Shown here one piece after another: positions 39,448 through 51,745 of a stretch of DNA of 64,000 nucleotides. Origin of the DNA: Vicugna vicugna. Lineage: Eukaryota. The DNA lies in contig MU058213.1 of the NCBI GenBank assembly GCA_013265495.1, positions 434,001 through 498,000 on the forward strand. Reading direction: 5' to 3'. Positions within the stretch are counted from its first letter, which is position 1. The number at the start of each line of letters is the position of its first letter. The notes beneath the pieces were generated by a model. It was not told the origin of the DNA. It saw only the letters and a list, made by a program, of their open reading frames with translations, and searched no databases. The position numbers and the translations under genes were made by a program.

Positions 39448-41330
39448 GTAATGCGGTCTTAATATGTGCTGTTAGCGGTTGAAAGAGAGGGGTGACCATT
39501 CCTTTCTCCACTTCGAATATAACATCCCACAGATACCATGACACTCTGGTGTCAGCCCTTCATCAAAAGCACATTACTGCATGATCACAGGAATCCTCAT
39601 CATCTTCACTGTGTTGAAGTTTTATTGTAACATTTTTTCAAGAGAAACTGTTCTTTTTTTTCCAGACAGCCTTAGATTTTTGCTTGATTTCCCTTATGTA
39701 TTTACTTCTCCTTTACTTACTTCCTTACACATAATCACCCTCTGTTGTTATCTGCACTGGAAGATGGACACAGTGACATGGAAATTTCCAGTTCACTTAT
39801 GTTTGACTCCAGACTGTGCTTTTGTACTTGGGTTTAAATATGGTTATGTCTGATACACTGGGGATTTACATGCGAAATGAACTGACAGAGGTGTGCTGTG
39901 AAGGTCAGGCTCAGATGTAGCTTTTTCAGTTAGCCCTGCTTTAATCTTTCCTGTTACCCACTCTTTGCTGAGGATTCATGGCACGTCATCTGTTAGATTG
40001 AGGTGGAGCATGTCCTGGTCAACAAAGCAAAGAAGAATGGAACTGATGGGGAAGGCTTGGTCTGGGGACATCCCAGCCACTTGAAGCTGCATGGAAAAAA
40101 GGACATCCAGGTACAGACAATCCACTTGGCAAGCAGTCTGCTAACAGCAATGTTTCAGTCCCCAGGTAGAGGTTCGGGAACAGAATGCCAGACCTTGGTC
40201 AGGGGAACCGGACAAGGTTTCCCACCAAGTACAGTGCTGGTGGTGGACAAGATGGATGCTAAGGCTTAGACCCAGAAGGCGCAGATCAATGTCAGCGTCG
40301 AGTTCCCTGTCCAGACAGGCTCAGCCAAGACCCTGGGGCCCAGCCAAGGTGCAGCGAATGGCTCCTGAGACTGGCCCAGGCATATGACAGTGCTTACCTC
40401 CAAGGTGAAAAGGGGTGGGCTCGGGGGCAGCCCAGCAAACAGGGCTTTGGAGAATGATTGGAGCAGCAGTCGGAGGCGCCTGGGAAAACACAGTGGTCTA
40501 GGGCTGAACAACACGAGACCAAAGAAAAATAAGCAAAACAAGAGGTTTGAAGTAGAGAGCGATCCTGAGCCCAAGAGTGGCAGCTGTGGGCAACAGCTTT
40601 TGTGGAATTTCCTGCAGCCTAGGCAGGACCCTTGCCGGGGCACCTGTATTTTGCTGAATCCAGGAAGATGAGAGCAGCCCTCTTCCTACCCACCAGAGGA
40701 GCCTGCAGGTGAGGAGGTGAAAGGGAGAAGAACAGGGTTGCACAAACTGGGAAAGGCAGTCGGCGCAGCTTCTTTGACACTAGGTACCAGATTAAAGGAC
40801 CCTTAATCTCTTGAGTTTGCTAGCCATCTGAATCACACCTTCCTTGGAGGTTGATACTTCGGAATTTCTATTTGAAACAGGCTTGGAGACTTTAAACTTC
40901 TGTTTGTAGCTCCTCCTGATCTTGAAGCTGAAATCAGAATTCTGAATGTGTCGTCCTGGGGGGTTAGTTAGAGTAGCTGATGACTGAGTTACACAGAAGC
41001 TGAGAAGTTGCATCGGGGAAAGTAAACACAAACAGTTAGAAGTTCACTGTTTTGTGGGCTTTTTCTCGACCTTCTACTCCATTGAAAAGGGAAACTTCTA
41101 ACATTCAAGTTCCCAATTATCAGACATAACTTTATTTAAATGTGAATTCCACAAGGCACTGGACTTCTGTGTCATTTCCATTTCTTGGCAAGAGTAATTG
41201 AGTGTTGAAATTTTTGCTAACTGTGTCCTCTGGTGTGTAGGATTGCTCGTCTGTGTGGTTAATGTTGTTTGTCTGAAATTTAAGGACTGTCCCTTCGTCT
41301 GGTCTTTTTAAACCTTTCTTTCTCATCTAG

Positions 41331-41365
41331 TTCGTAAGAAGCGAGTTGAAGGAGACCGAAGGTAA
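41331..41365 (+). CDS. TMOD2: Tropomodulin-2 exon 10 coding part, VRKKRVEGDRR*
   Basis: Acceptor ctttctcatctAG|, TAA at 41363-41365. The nine coding exons total 1056 nt = 351 aa + stop. Confidence 0.96.
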
Positions 41366-43149
41366 ACTTCCACGAGAAGAGGCGAGGTTTCACCACGGCG
41401 GTGATTTGAAAACAAAAGTTTTTCTCCTTCTCCGTTGGGACCATTTTATCAAAGGTTATTCATTTCCGTTAACCACGCAACTCATCATTTAACTGTTTTT
41501 CTTTTTTAGCATGACTTACTTGTCTTGAAATTTTCAACATCTATTATTGTATTGCTGGCTCCTGGGCACCTCTGGCACCCTGGACCCGTGGACCGGTGCA
41601 GATCTGGGTGGGTGGCAACAGTCGAAAGCGATTTAACCACTTTCATATTAGGTTGTCTTGCTTCCTTACATGGACTTTTTTTTTATTTAACCATTGAAGG
41701 AACTTAGTATATAAATGTGTTTGTAACTGTGATTATGATAGAGGCCTTTCTCTGTTTACATGCATAATTTTGAGTAAGGCTAAATATATCAGAACACTTC
41801 TGACCCCGTGGAAGTTAGTATTGCCAATCTTTCCCTGGGTGAGAAAATGCGACCAGCTTAGCACAAATTCTCCCTTACGTTCCAGAAAAATCACTAAATG
41901 CACATGCCCCACTGATTGAAGATCAGCGGTATTCTCTTCATATGAAACAAGAGAGCATTATGATGCATTAACACAGCTTTAGCAAATAAGTGCGAAATAT
42001 TTATTAACCCACAAATACAGCTTCAAGCCAGACTCACAGGTAGCAGAATGAATTAGCACAGCTACCTTTACTGATTATTCCACATAAATCCGATCTTGAA
42101 TGTCACTATATGGATAACAGAAGCTGTTTTAAAGTTTTCCAGACATGATGGGACATTTTTAAACTTTAGCAAGGGGGAAGCTTTTAAAATAGTGCATTCC
42201 AAAATACAACAATAGTAATTGCACCTTAAGGTTGTCAGTTACACACGATTACATTGTCTTGGCGAATTTTAGAAGCATTTGTGGCTTTGTCTTTAGGGCA
42301 ACAAGGTTACAGGATGAAATGTGAACATTCAAATTAATCATATAGATTTTGTCTACATGGCATGATCCATCGAGACATTTGCAAACATCAGAAAAAAATG
42401 TGAATTATCCAGATGTTTGTCATCTCAAGGACAAAGCCTATGAAAGTACAGCTGAGGTGATCGCATGGTAGATGCAACAATCTTTTCATCTGGCAGCACA
42501 GCACTGTGATGTTAAGGGAAGGGAACGTGTGTCTGCAGCCTCTGGCACCAGCTCATGGGTCTTTGATAACTGTCAGTGCCTGAGGCTGGACTCGGTGGCA
42601 CTCTGACACTGCCTTAGGCACCTCTCCCTCCCTCCCCGCTGCTTTCCTTCCAACTCATTCCCTTTTTTCTTCTTTTCTGTATGATTTTGAGCCTTGTAAA
42701 GGTGACATCCCTTGTCCTAGTGATACCTGGAGCTGAAGAAGTTGCTGAGTCAGGCAGAAGGAGGGCCCAGTGTAGAATTTACTAAGTAATTGAGTGTCCC
42801 TGAGTTGCTTGACAGCAGTAAAACAAGTAAATGGGAAAACCATTCAGATATCACTCTAGTTACTTTGTAGAGCACATGGAAACTGTTTAGGGTAGAAAGC
42901 CTTTATAAAAGTGGACATTTACATGTATTATAAGTGCCCGCCTCTCTCTCTCTAAAATCCTTTGAAACATGAGAATATTTTACGTTTTTTGAGAGAATAT
43001 TGAGCAGAGCATCTTGAATTCTGGAAACTCTAAAAATCCTTTCATTAGTTTTCTACTACATCTCCCTACCTATATATATTTTTTAAAGTATTAACTCCTA
43101 CTTGATGGTTTTCAGTCTGGTTTCTTCTTCCCCTCTTACTCTTTTGGGT

Positions 43150-43570
43150 GTGGTGTGTTGGAGCCCACTCATACAGGTTCCCCGTTATTAAATTATCAAG
43201 AATTTTGCAAACTAGTTGTTAATAAGCACAGTCATTATTAAAAATTAAATGACATGCACTTACAATGAAATAAATTGTAGTAAAAAGCCAAACTAATACT
43301 CAAAAGTACATTTTACTATTTATATACTCTTGAGATGATTCGCAACTCTTGTGCCTGTGTGGCAGAAAGACCAGATAATGGTGTGCTGATGTGCATCTCT
43401 GCCCGACTCAGTGGTTCTTCCCACCTCAATTCAGTACTTCTTGTTGGTAGGTTGAAATTGGTAGTGGTGGGAGTATTTACACCATGGAAATCAGCAAATA
43501 TTACAGATCATGGCTTCAATGCTCCCTTTCCCCCCAGGTTGCTGGTTAATAAACATTCATCAGCACATTA
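43150..43570 (+). mobile_element. MER63-like hAT DNA transposon fossil in the 3' UTR
   Basis: GTGGTGTGTTGGAGCC..GAATTTTGCAAACTAGTTGTTAA..CATTATTAAAAATTAAAT...GGGAGTATTTACACCATGGAAATC...CAGCACATTA. Confidence 0.6.
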
Positions 43571-44164
43571 TATAAATATATAGAATGTATACAGTTCTTG
43601 CTTGCTTTTTGTAGACGTGTTTTATTTACCATGTTGCCAAAGGGAAGAACACTTCTCTTAGTTGTCTTTCTCCTATCCCCTTAGGTTTGTTGCAGATGTA
43701 TTTAAGTGCTGAGTCCCTGACATGCCCCACTAAGTAAGGCTTTTTCCTTTCTTTTCTCATTTACTCTCTCTCTTGCCTTCACTCTGAAGAAATCTTGGAT
43801 CCTACAGAGTGTTCCCTGCAGCCCCAAGGTGCTGTGGACCAGGAACTAAAGCAATTGTTGCAGACCCTGGCAGAGAGCAAGGAAAAACAAAAACAAAAAC
43901 AGGATTTGTTGACTATGCTGCTGTTGTTGATAGTATTAAAGCAAGATAATGAGATATTTCCAAATTAGTTCTGTTTCTAGCTTATAAAATAGTTGGGTCA
44001 CATGTAATAGAGTCTGCTAACTCAAATATTTATTATTAATCAGTTAATCATTTGCTTTTGAAGTAGCTTGAGAGGTGACATTTCCATGAGTATTCATGTA
44101 ACTATTAGAAGATAAATTGACATTCTGGGGAACGTATAAGTCATTTAATTAGGCTAGGACCATT

Positions 44165-44612
44165 TCTTCATCTGTCCAGTACGTGTGTGTGAGTAGAAGC
44201 TCTTTCGTGATCCTGAGCATAATTAATCCCTTGCCATCCGTCATGGTGGGGCATAATGTATATAAAATATTTTTATATGGAGGCATTTTGCCAAATATTA
44301 TGTCAAGGTATTTGGCAACATCTGGACAATTGACTGAAGGGAGATCATCTCTCCCCAGACCACCTCCTTTTCGAAACCTTTTAGACTTGTCCAGGCATCC
44401 ACTAGGTGTAAAATCACTCACCTGGACTTGCAGGCTCCTGTCACCAACACCCATCCCAGCATATGTGGAAGGTGACTTCTAGAGAGATCATGTCATTAGT
44501 CCAGTAGTATATCTCCCCATCTGCCTGCAGTGGATAATGGCAGCTGTTTTGTCCTCATCGGCACAATGAAATCCCTTCCTTTCATCTTGGTAGAGCATAA
44601 TGTAAATAAATG

Positions 44613-44645
<33 letters not shown>

Positions 44646-45175
44646 TTGCCAAATATCTAACTGGGTATTTGGCTGCATCTGGACCACTGATTGAAGGGAG
44701 ATACTCTCTCCCCAGCCCCATTTCCCTTGTCCTATTTAGAGTTGCCTCCGGCCCAAGTTAGATGTGAAGTCACTCCCTAGAGTTTGCAGCTTAGATCACC
44801 AACCACCAAATTTCCTAGCATGTATGGAAGATAACTCTTAGGGAGTAAATATCAGAAGCCTGGAAATCATTTCATCATTCCAGCACCGAATCTCTCCATA
44901 TGCCGAAAGTGTGTGAGTGGAAGTGCTTTCATCTTCATCAACATGAGGAAGCCCCTTCCTTCCATCTTTGTAGGATATATTGTATATAAATATTCTGTAC
45001 ATAACAATTGCCAAATACTGTAAGGAGGTATTTGGCTAAAGCTGGATACCTGATTGCAGGAGCTGCTGTCTCCCAGGCCCTCTCCCTGTCTCCTCTCAGT
45101 TGCCACGGGCCTAGGTTAGACAGAGAATCGCTAACCTGGAGGGGCACGTGCAGCTCACCCATCTCAGAGCACGCA
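44165..45175 (+). repeat. Diverged tandem triplication (~360-nt period) in the TMOD2 3' UTR; each unit has a Pumilio element and two hairpins
   Basis: Shared ordered anchors: CCCTT..., TGTAWATA (44257, 44601, 44981), GCCAAATA..TATTTGGC (44290, 44648, 45010), CTGGA..TGA.TG, GGAG..CTCCC, then TCACC. Confidence 0.85.
44615..44644 (+). repeat. (GT)15 microsatellite
   Basis: Direct reading. Confidence 0.95.
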
Positions 45176-47096
45176 GTTCATCCTACAAGAAACGCCCATC
45201 TCCATTTAAAAATTCAGAAAGCATCCTGATGCCTATACTCCTCAAGACAATTTCCCGGAGGGAAGCCTGGCCAATCAGACCCAAAGAACGGCTGCTTCTC
45301 TTCCAGACAGAAGTGTGGCCCTGGCATTAGGGCCACCAGTGTGTTCTGAATAACTCTACGAGAACGTTTCAGATAGTCAGACCTGAAACTGGCTTTAGCA
45401 TCAACATGCTATGAATGTAAGATAGCCCTTTAAATTTTATGAAAGCGTTTGCAGATAGTTTCTTTTTTCATGGATATGATGTACTTAGCCCTCCTGCAGG
45501 CACTGTGACAGAGGCAGAGGAAGTGTGTGAACTCTAGATTATTATAATTTGATCTGTGTTTCTGGGTTTGGGGGTAGAGCGCCTTTTTGAAAATCTTTAG
45601 TTCAAGTATTGATGACATCAGTGAAAATGGGTAGGGGGCAGTAAGTTGTGAATAGTGGGTTCTGTGGTATGTTGCTTATACTCAGCAGGACTGTTTTGGA
45701 GTTAGGTTTTAAGCCATGATTCTGAAGTTTCTTTCCTCTTTTCCACTAATGAAGCAATGATAGCTACTTTCATTTTAATGAGCATAGAACTAAGAGGAAA
45801 TATTCTAGCTCTGCCTTCCAGTAGCAGTTTCCCCTTATTGTTCCTTAGTGAAAATATCCCCATCACTCACCATGCCATCTTTGAAGGTAAAAGATTGAGA
45901 CACATGCAAAGGAGAGGTGTGAGAATGCTAGGAAGCATCAGGTGAGCCCTCTGGATGAAAATCACATGATCAGGCCTCCTAGCAACTAGCTGGAGAGAGA
46001 AAAGTACCCAGAACCTCAAGGATGTATTCATTGCTCTTGTTCCCAACTCTAGGTCAGACTGAATTTTGTTTTTGTCTTTCAGGAGTATAGTAAATTAAGG
46101 GGCTAAGTGCAGTGAGGAAGGACAATGGAAATTGAAGGTTTTAATTTGCTTAAGGGCAGAAGTAAGCTCTGCCCAGCTTACCTCGTTCCCATCTGCCCAT
46201 AACAGCGAAGATTAAACATTTAGTAGGTGGATGGACAAGGAGTTTCAAGGTTTGAATTTGTAACCTGCCTCTGGGTACTGTTCTAGGAAGAGTATACAAG
46301 AACCAGAGGTTATCCCAGTTGCGTGAGGCATCACTGACTTGGGGGGGTGAAGGAGCCTGGACCTTGCTCTGGCATCTTCCGTGGCAGTCATTCTGAGCAC
46401 ACTGGCTCTGCTGGTTGGTATGGTGGAAGGGCACCATACTGCAGATGTGGAGACTGACTCCTAATCCCATCACCAACACTTAGCAGGTGTATGATCATGG
46501 GCAATTCATTCAATTGCCTGACAATTATAGACTCTACAGGGGGAAGAGCACTGGATTTGGAGTCAAGAAACTTGGACACTTGGCTCCATACTTCTTTAGC
46601 TGGGAGACTTCAGGGCAAACCACTGAGTCTCTCAGGCCTGCGGTTCTTCAGCTATACTATAACGGGAATAATCTTCACTAACTACCTCACAGAGTTGTGG
46701 TGAGAATATGATCAGATAATGGGATGAAAACATTCTACTGGAAAGGGCTATACAAAAGTGGGAGATCATTTCTGTTATCTATCCACCAGTGTTTCCCACT
46801 GCCTCTCGAATCCATTTTATTTTCTTCTAACCAACCATTACATCTTTGCCACCTTTGTGAGTATGGAGAACTGACGCATGAGTGTGATGTGGGGGGCTGG
46901 AATTATTTCACTTTCAACACAGAAGGGGGAGAGGTGGTTGAAGGGCGTGGTGGGTGTTACGTATACCAGTTAGGAGTCTGGTCGGGCATTTTCCTGGGCC
47001 GCTTGACAGCACCCTGGGACATGGTCAGGACCTTGCAGAGAGCCTAAGGCTGGACACAGGAGGAAGCAACAGTGATTAAGAGTTGAGGTGGAGTTG

Positions 47097-47217
47097 GGGG
47101 GAGGGTATATTAGCTCAGTGTAGAGTGCCTGCTTAGCATGCACAAGGTCCTAAGTTCAAGCCCCAGTACCTCCATTAAAAATAAGTAAGTAAACCTAATT
47201 ACCTCCCCTCCTAAAAA
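47097..47217 (+). mobile_element. tRNA-derived SINE (Vic-1-like) within the TMOD2 3' UTR, followed by a short L1 3'-terminal piece (~47272-47319)
   Basis: GGGGAGGGTATATTAGCTCAGTGTAGAGTGCCTGCTTAGCATGCACAAGGTCC...AAACCTAATTACCTCCCC. Confidence 0.85.
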
Positions 47218-48573
47218 TTTTTTTTAATAATGAAATAAATTTTAAAAAATTTTATACTGAATTTAAGGCAAGTACACCAGAAATTAACACAACATTGTAA
47301 ACTGACTATACTTCAATTTAACAGAACTAAGGGGAGGGTCTGGAGCACTGCTGCCCTCCTGTAAGCTCGGTCACCCCTCAGGGGGTGGGGTAGGCTGAGA
47401 CTTGAAGTGTGAGTGGAGGCCTAGGAAAGAAGACTGTCCTTGGGGCTCCAGCAGCTCGAGCCCCAGAAGCGAAGGGGAGAGAGTGTCATTTGTGAGATCA
47501 GCTCTCCCGGTCATCAGCCGCTTTGTTATCACCAGCAACCTTAGCCCTGGTCAGTGTTATTTTCTGCTCAGAAAGATATTGAAACATAGTCTCAAGGGAC
47601 TTTCATAAACACTGGGAGGCAGGGACTGTCTCATCAACCTTTGTGTCTTCAGTAGCATCTAGTAAGGTGCCTTGTACATAATAGGTGCTTAATAAATGTT
47701 GCTTGAATTGAATTGTCCTCCAGCACCACAAGAATTATGCTCCATTTGCCACCGTGTGATGCTTTTGGAAAACAGTATCGATTTGGATGTCAGCTACGTG
47801 TGACGTTGGGCAAGGCTTTACATCTATCTTGTCTTTTCATTTGTAAAATGAAGTGGGTGGGTTAGATGCTCTCTAAGGTCCCTTCCAGCTCCAAAATGTT
47901 ACAATCGTGTGATTCTAAAATGTTTCCATTGCCTCTGAACATGGGTGAGCGATGCCTCCCTTGCAGCTCCATCTCTCCTCAGTAGGCTTTGTTCAGAAGA
48001 AGAGGTCCACAGAGTTATTTGTTCCTCTTCAGTGGTTTTTACTGTCTTCAGAATAGTTCTGGAGGAGCAGCCTTTTCAGAAAGGACATTTTAAAATATAT
48101 AATATTTTCTCCTCAAAATTGGTGGAGCAGGAGAGGAGGAAATGCAAAGAGAGAAACTGAGCATAGTAAACACAGCATGTTTTTCATAGGTTTTTGTCGA
48201 AAGAGAGAGATAGAGAGTGTGTGTGTGTGTATCTGAGCAAGTATTGACTGGGTGACAGAGAAACCGATCAGAAGTACACTGTGCAACTGAGGGAAGCTGG
48301 CCCAGGATTAAAACTTTCCCATGGATAATCTAAATGTGGATAGATAGGAATTGGCCATATGCTGAGATGAGATGGATAGAAAATGTACTTTTAAAGGAAA
48401 TTTTATTTTAGTACCAAATTTTGCCAGTGACAATCTTTAGTTAAGAAAGAAATTATTCTGAACTAAAGTTCTCATCTCTGCCACTTTGTTTTTTTTAACC
48501 CATTGTATGGATGGAATAATATTTATATTTTAAACCTTTATCTTAATTCTATTTCATCTATTTAAAGAAAACA

Positions 48574-49213
48574 AATAAACAGCATTTTTTATTGCATTTA
48601 AAAATGTAAAATACTTGCATGCCACCAATCTGTAATCTCTTACCAGTTCAGATGCCTGTAACTTGTGACCTTACGTGTACCTGTATTGTTTTAAAGAGAA
48701 CAAAGGAAATAATACTTTGTAGACGGTTTAAACTCATACTGGCAACATTTATTTGGCTAAGCAGTTATTGAAAAATTCACAGTTTCATTTTTCATTTTGA
48801 AACTTTTCAAAGGTAGACGATTATATTCATTAGGGAATTAAAGACTAATTTGCCTTTTAAATGTGAAGTTGAACAGTATGTGGGAAATAAATGTGTGCAA
48901 AAGCAAAATGTATGAAGTGTGAAATACTTTTACCCTGATAATTAATAAGGATCTCAGTTGTCAGAAACAGGTGCAGTGTTTTGACCCTTTGGAATTAGCC
49001 AGCCTGACTTAATGCTAAGGTGAAAATATACTGTTTTAATTAATCGAGATCATTCTGCTTTTCAAAGATATAATGTATTCATTTGTGTCTGGAATGAAAT
49101 TTCCAAGTGAAAATGTATAGCATATTAGGAATTAATAAACTTTCCTTTTAAAATGAAAGTAATGACTGATTTAATCTAGATAATTTTTAGACACAGTGTC
49201 TCTTTAAAATAAA
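48574..49213 (+). terminator. Cluster of polyadenylation signals (AATAAA at 48574, 48886, 49134, 49208)
   Basis: Four hexamers with nearby TGTA motifs and U/GU-rich downstream sequence; the main site is probably 49134 or 49208 (inference). Confidence 0.55.
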
Positions 49214-50689
49214 TGGTTGGCACCATGTTCTCATACTAGAAAAGTACATTTGCTAGAAAGGACCATAGAGTGCCCTTATTATGATGAAGATGAGAAGTAG
49301 GCAGACAGCCGGAAGTAGGCAGAAGAGAAACAAGAACTCATTATTAAAATGAAAATACCCACACGTATACACACACTCTCATATACACACATACATACAC
49401 AAAAGCACACATTCAGCTAAACAGTTAACATTTGTTAGGATAAGTGGGAGCAGGAATACAGATAACCCAAACGGGTTAAGTGTTTTACCTTGAAATTTTT
49501 ATATTAACTTTGGAATTAATTTGTTTTTGTAAGCTATGCTGGGATTCAAAATAGGGAACACTACAAATAATAAAGTTACATTGTAAAGACTTGTCCTGGG
49601 AAAATCAGAGAGCCTACTCTTTCTGCCATCCTGCTGAACTCTGCCCGAAGTCTTTGTCACTTAGACTGATGATGAGGTCCAAGCAGCATAGAAGTCCTGT
49701 ATCTAATTTCTATATTTGCCTATTTGCTTTCACACCTTTTCATTGTCAAGGAAGTACAGTAATTGTCCTGTTTAAAGGAGTCTTTCAATTTGTGAGGCTG
49801 TAAGGAGCAGGAGTGAACAAGTGTGCACATTGGGGTCAGACTTGCCTATTTCAAATCTCACTTCTGTTTCTTGTGTGAATTTCTGCAACTTACGTAGCCT
49901 CAGTTTCTTCACCACTAAAATAGGAATCATAATCCTACTTTACAGTAGGACAATTGGGAGGATTCACATGTGAAACACTTCAAGCACTGCCTGGCATATA
50001 GAGGGCACTTAGATATTAATACCCTAAATTCTGGACTAAATAAATATCCATGAATATTAATGACAACACAGTTCTCCATTTTATGCTGACAATGTCAGGA
50101 ATTTAAGCAGGACTGAATCTTCCTCATTTTTGTGTTTCCACAGTCCATTCCCTCTTGGCAGACAGGCACTCCCCCATCACTCCAAGATTCAAATATAAAT
50201 AAGATAGAGCTGACTCAGGAGTTACTCCTGACCCACCCTTGTGAATTTTAGCTCCTTGTGACTTCCCTGATGTTTCTGCTTGCTTGTACTTGCCCTGCTT
50301 TCTGGGTGCCCTCCTTTGGTTTTGGCAGTCTGGCTTCAGGAGCAGCTCCTTGACTTTGGGCCTGTTGTATGTTAGATTTGACTATGATATGGACCACCCT
50401 CCCTCAGCTGATCATTCAGCCTTTCTCTATGGTTCTGAGAATTGGTGCCCCATAGCCCCAGCTTCCCAGTCCCACCAGTCAGAGAACAGAATCAGATGCC
50501 CACAGCCTCCTTCCTGCAAATGTTCCACCTATCACAGGACCTCCGTGGGAACTACATGTGTGTGTGATTGAAGGTAGTGGGGCTATGCTCTGGGCCCAAC
50601 AAACCTAAGAAAGAAGATGATGTAGAAAAATGAGGCAAGTGCATAATTCAAAAGGTGTGGTGGTGGAGGTGAGGGGGGAAGTGGGGAGA

Positions 50690-51425
50690 GGTCTCCAAAT
50701 TGTAGACTGCTGAACTTGTCGGTCCTGAGCAAAATTTTAGAAAAGTGTATTTAGAAAACCACTGTCCACTTTGTAAGCACCGAGAGGTGAAGCAGTGATC
50801 TCTAAGAGGCAGCACAGATTCACTTAGAATAAATGATAGTAAGTCATGAGTATAGTCAAAAGAGCATACTGTGTCTGGATTTCATCAAGATGTTTGATAA
50901 AGTCTCACAACATCCTTGAGAAATGTAGCATGCATAATAGGGCAACTAACTAGTTAAATGACAGGTTCAAAGAATCCTTTTTGGACTCATGATCGTAAGT
51001 AAATACTGATGAATGAAAGAATTTCAACCAGAAGGGCTTAGCAGCCGCTACAGGGCTCTTTCCTTGATGAGTTTTGATCAGCAGTTCATCAGTAATTTGG
51101 ATGTGATACTCACAGAATACCAACTGAGTCTTTAGCTAATGACCACTGGGAAAGATAAGGAATACTTTGACAGTCTCAAAAGTATCTGAACAGACCAAAG
51201 TCCAAGCCTATGTCTAATCAGATAAAATTGAATAGAAACAACAGGATAGTTTTCTATTTTTAATCCAAAATGTCAACTACAAAAGGGAGAATGGGAAGAA
51301 TATGACTTAACTGCCATTTGTGTGGATAAAGACTTTGGTGTTGACTTAAAGCTTAACTGTGAATAAGACATAGAATGTGTCTGCCTAAAAGCTAACTCTG
51401 TCTTAAGTGACATTAGACAAAGAGT
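50690..51425 (+). mobile_element. Ancient CR1/L3 LINE fossil covering the reverse-transcriptase region
   Basis: Decayed codons in the correct order: LDFIKMFDKVS (cf. LDFSKAFDKVS), FISNLD (cf. FINDLD), KDFGV (cf. KDLGV), KANSVL (cf. KANAIL). Confidence 0.6.
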
Positions 51426-51745
51426 CTTGGTACTTGGCCAAAAATCTGCTGTTTGTCCTGGGCTTTGGGTCTCAGCTCTTGGAATGCCTATTTCAATGTT
51501 ATTATTCCCATCATCTTTGAACTTTGGCATCGTTGATGTTTATGTGTTTTTAAAGATTATTCTTACATCAGTCAATGGTGTTGCTGATCAGAACAAAGTA
51601 TGCCATTTAGATTTGCTATTGTTATAGGAATGTTCATTTTCAGATAAAGGCATGTATTCCAGATGTAAGCTGAGTGAAAAAAATTTGTTATTTATTTGTT
51701 GGAATTCTATCAAAGTATAAATGTATATAGCTAATTAGATAAGTA

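Larger units (their letters stand above)
41366..49230 (+). other. TMOD2: Putative long TMOD2 3' UTR (~7.8 kb)
   Basis: Follows the stop codon; TMOD2 is known to have a multi-kb neuronal 3' UTR; AT-rich, repeat-poor terminal zone with clustered AATAAA. The exact end is inferred. Confidence 0.6.

Noticed and set aside
44288..45036. Reading the GCCAA...TTGGC hairpins as NFI DNA sites, pre-miRNAs or CRISPR-like repeats
   Set aside because: NFI needs TTGGC-N5-GCCAA (opposite order, different spacing); the stems are far too short for pre-miRNA; the spacers are homologous to each other and the DNA is mammalian.
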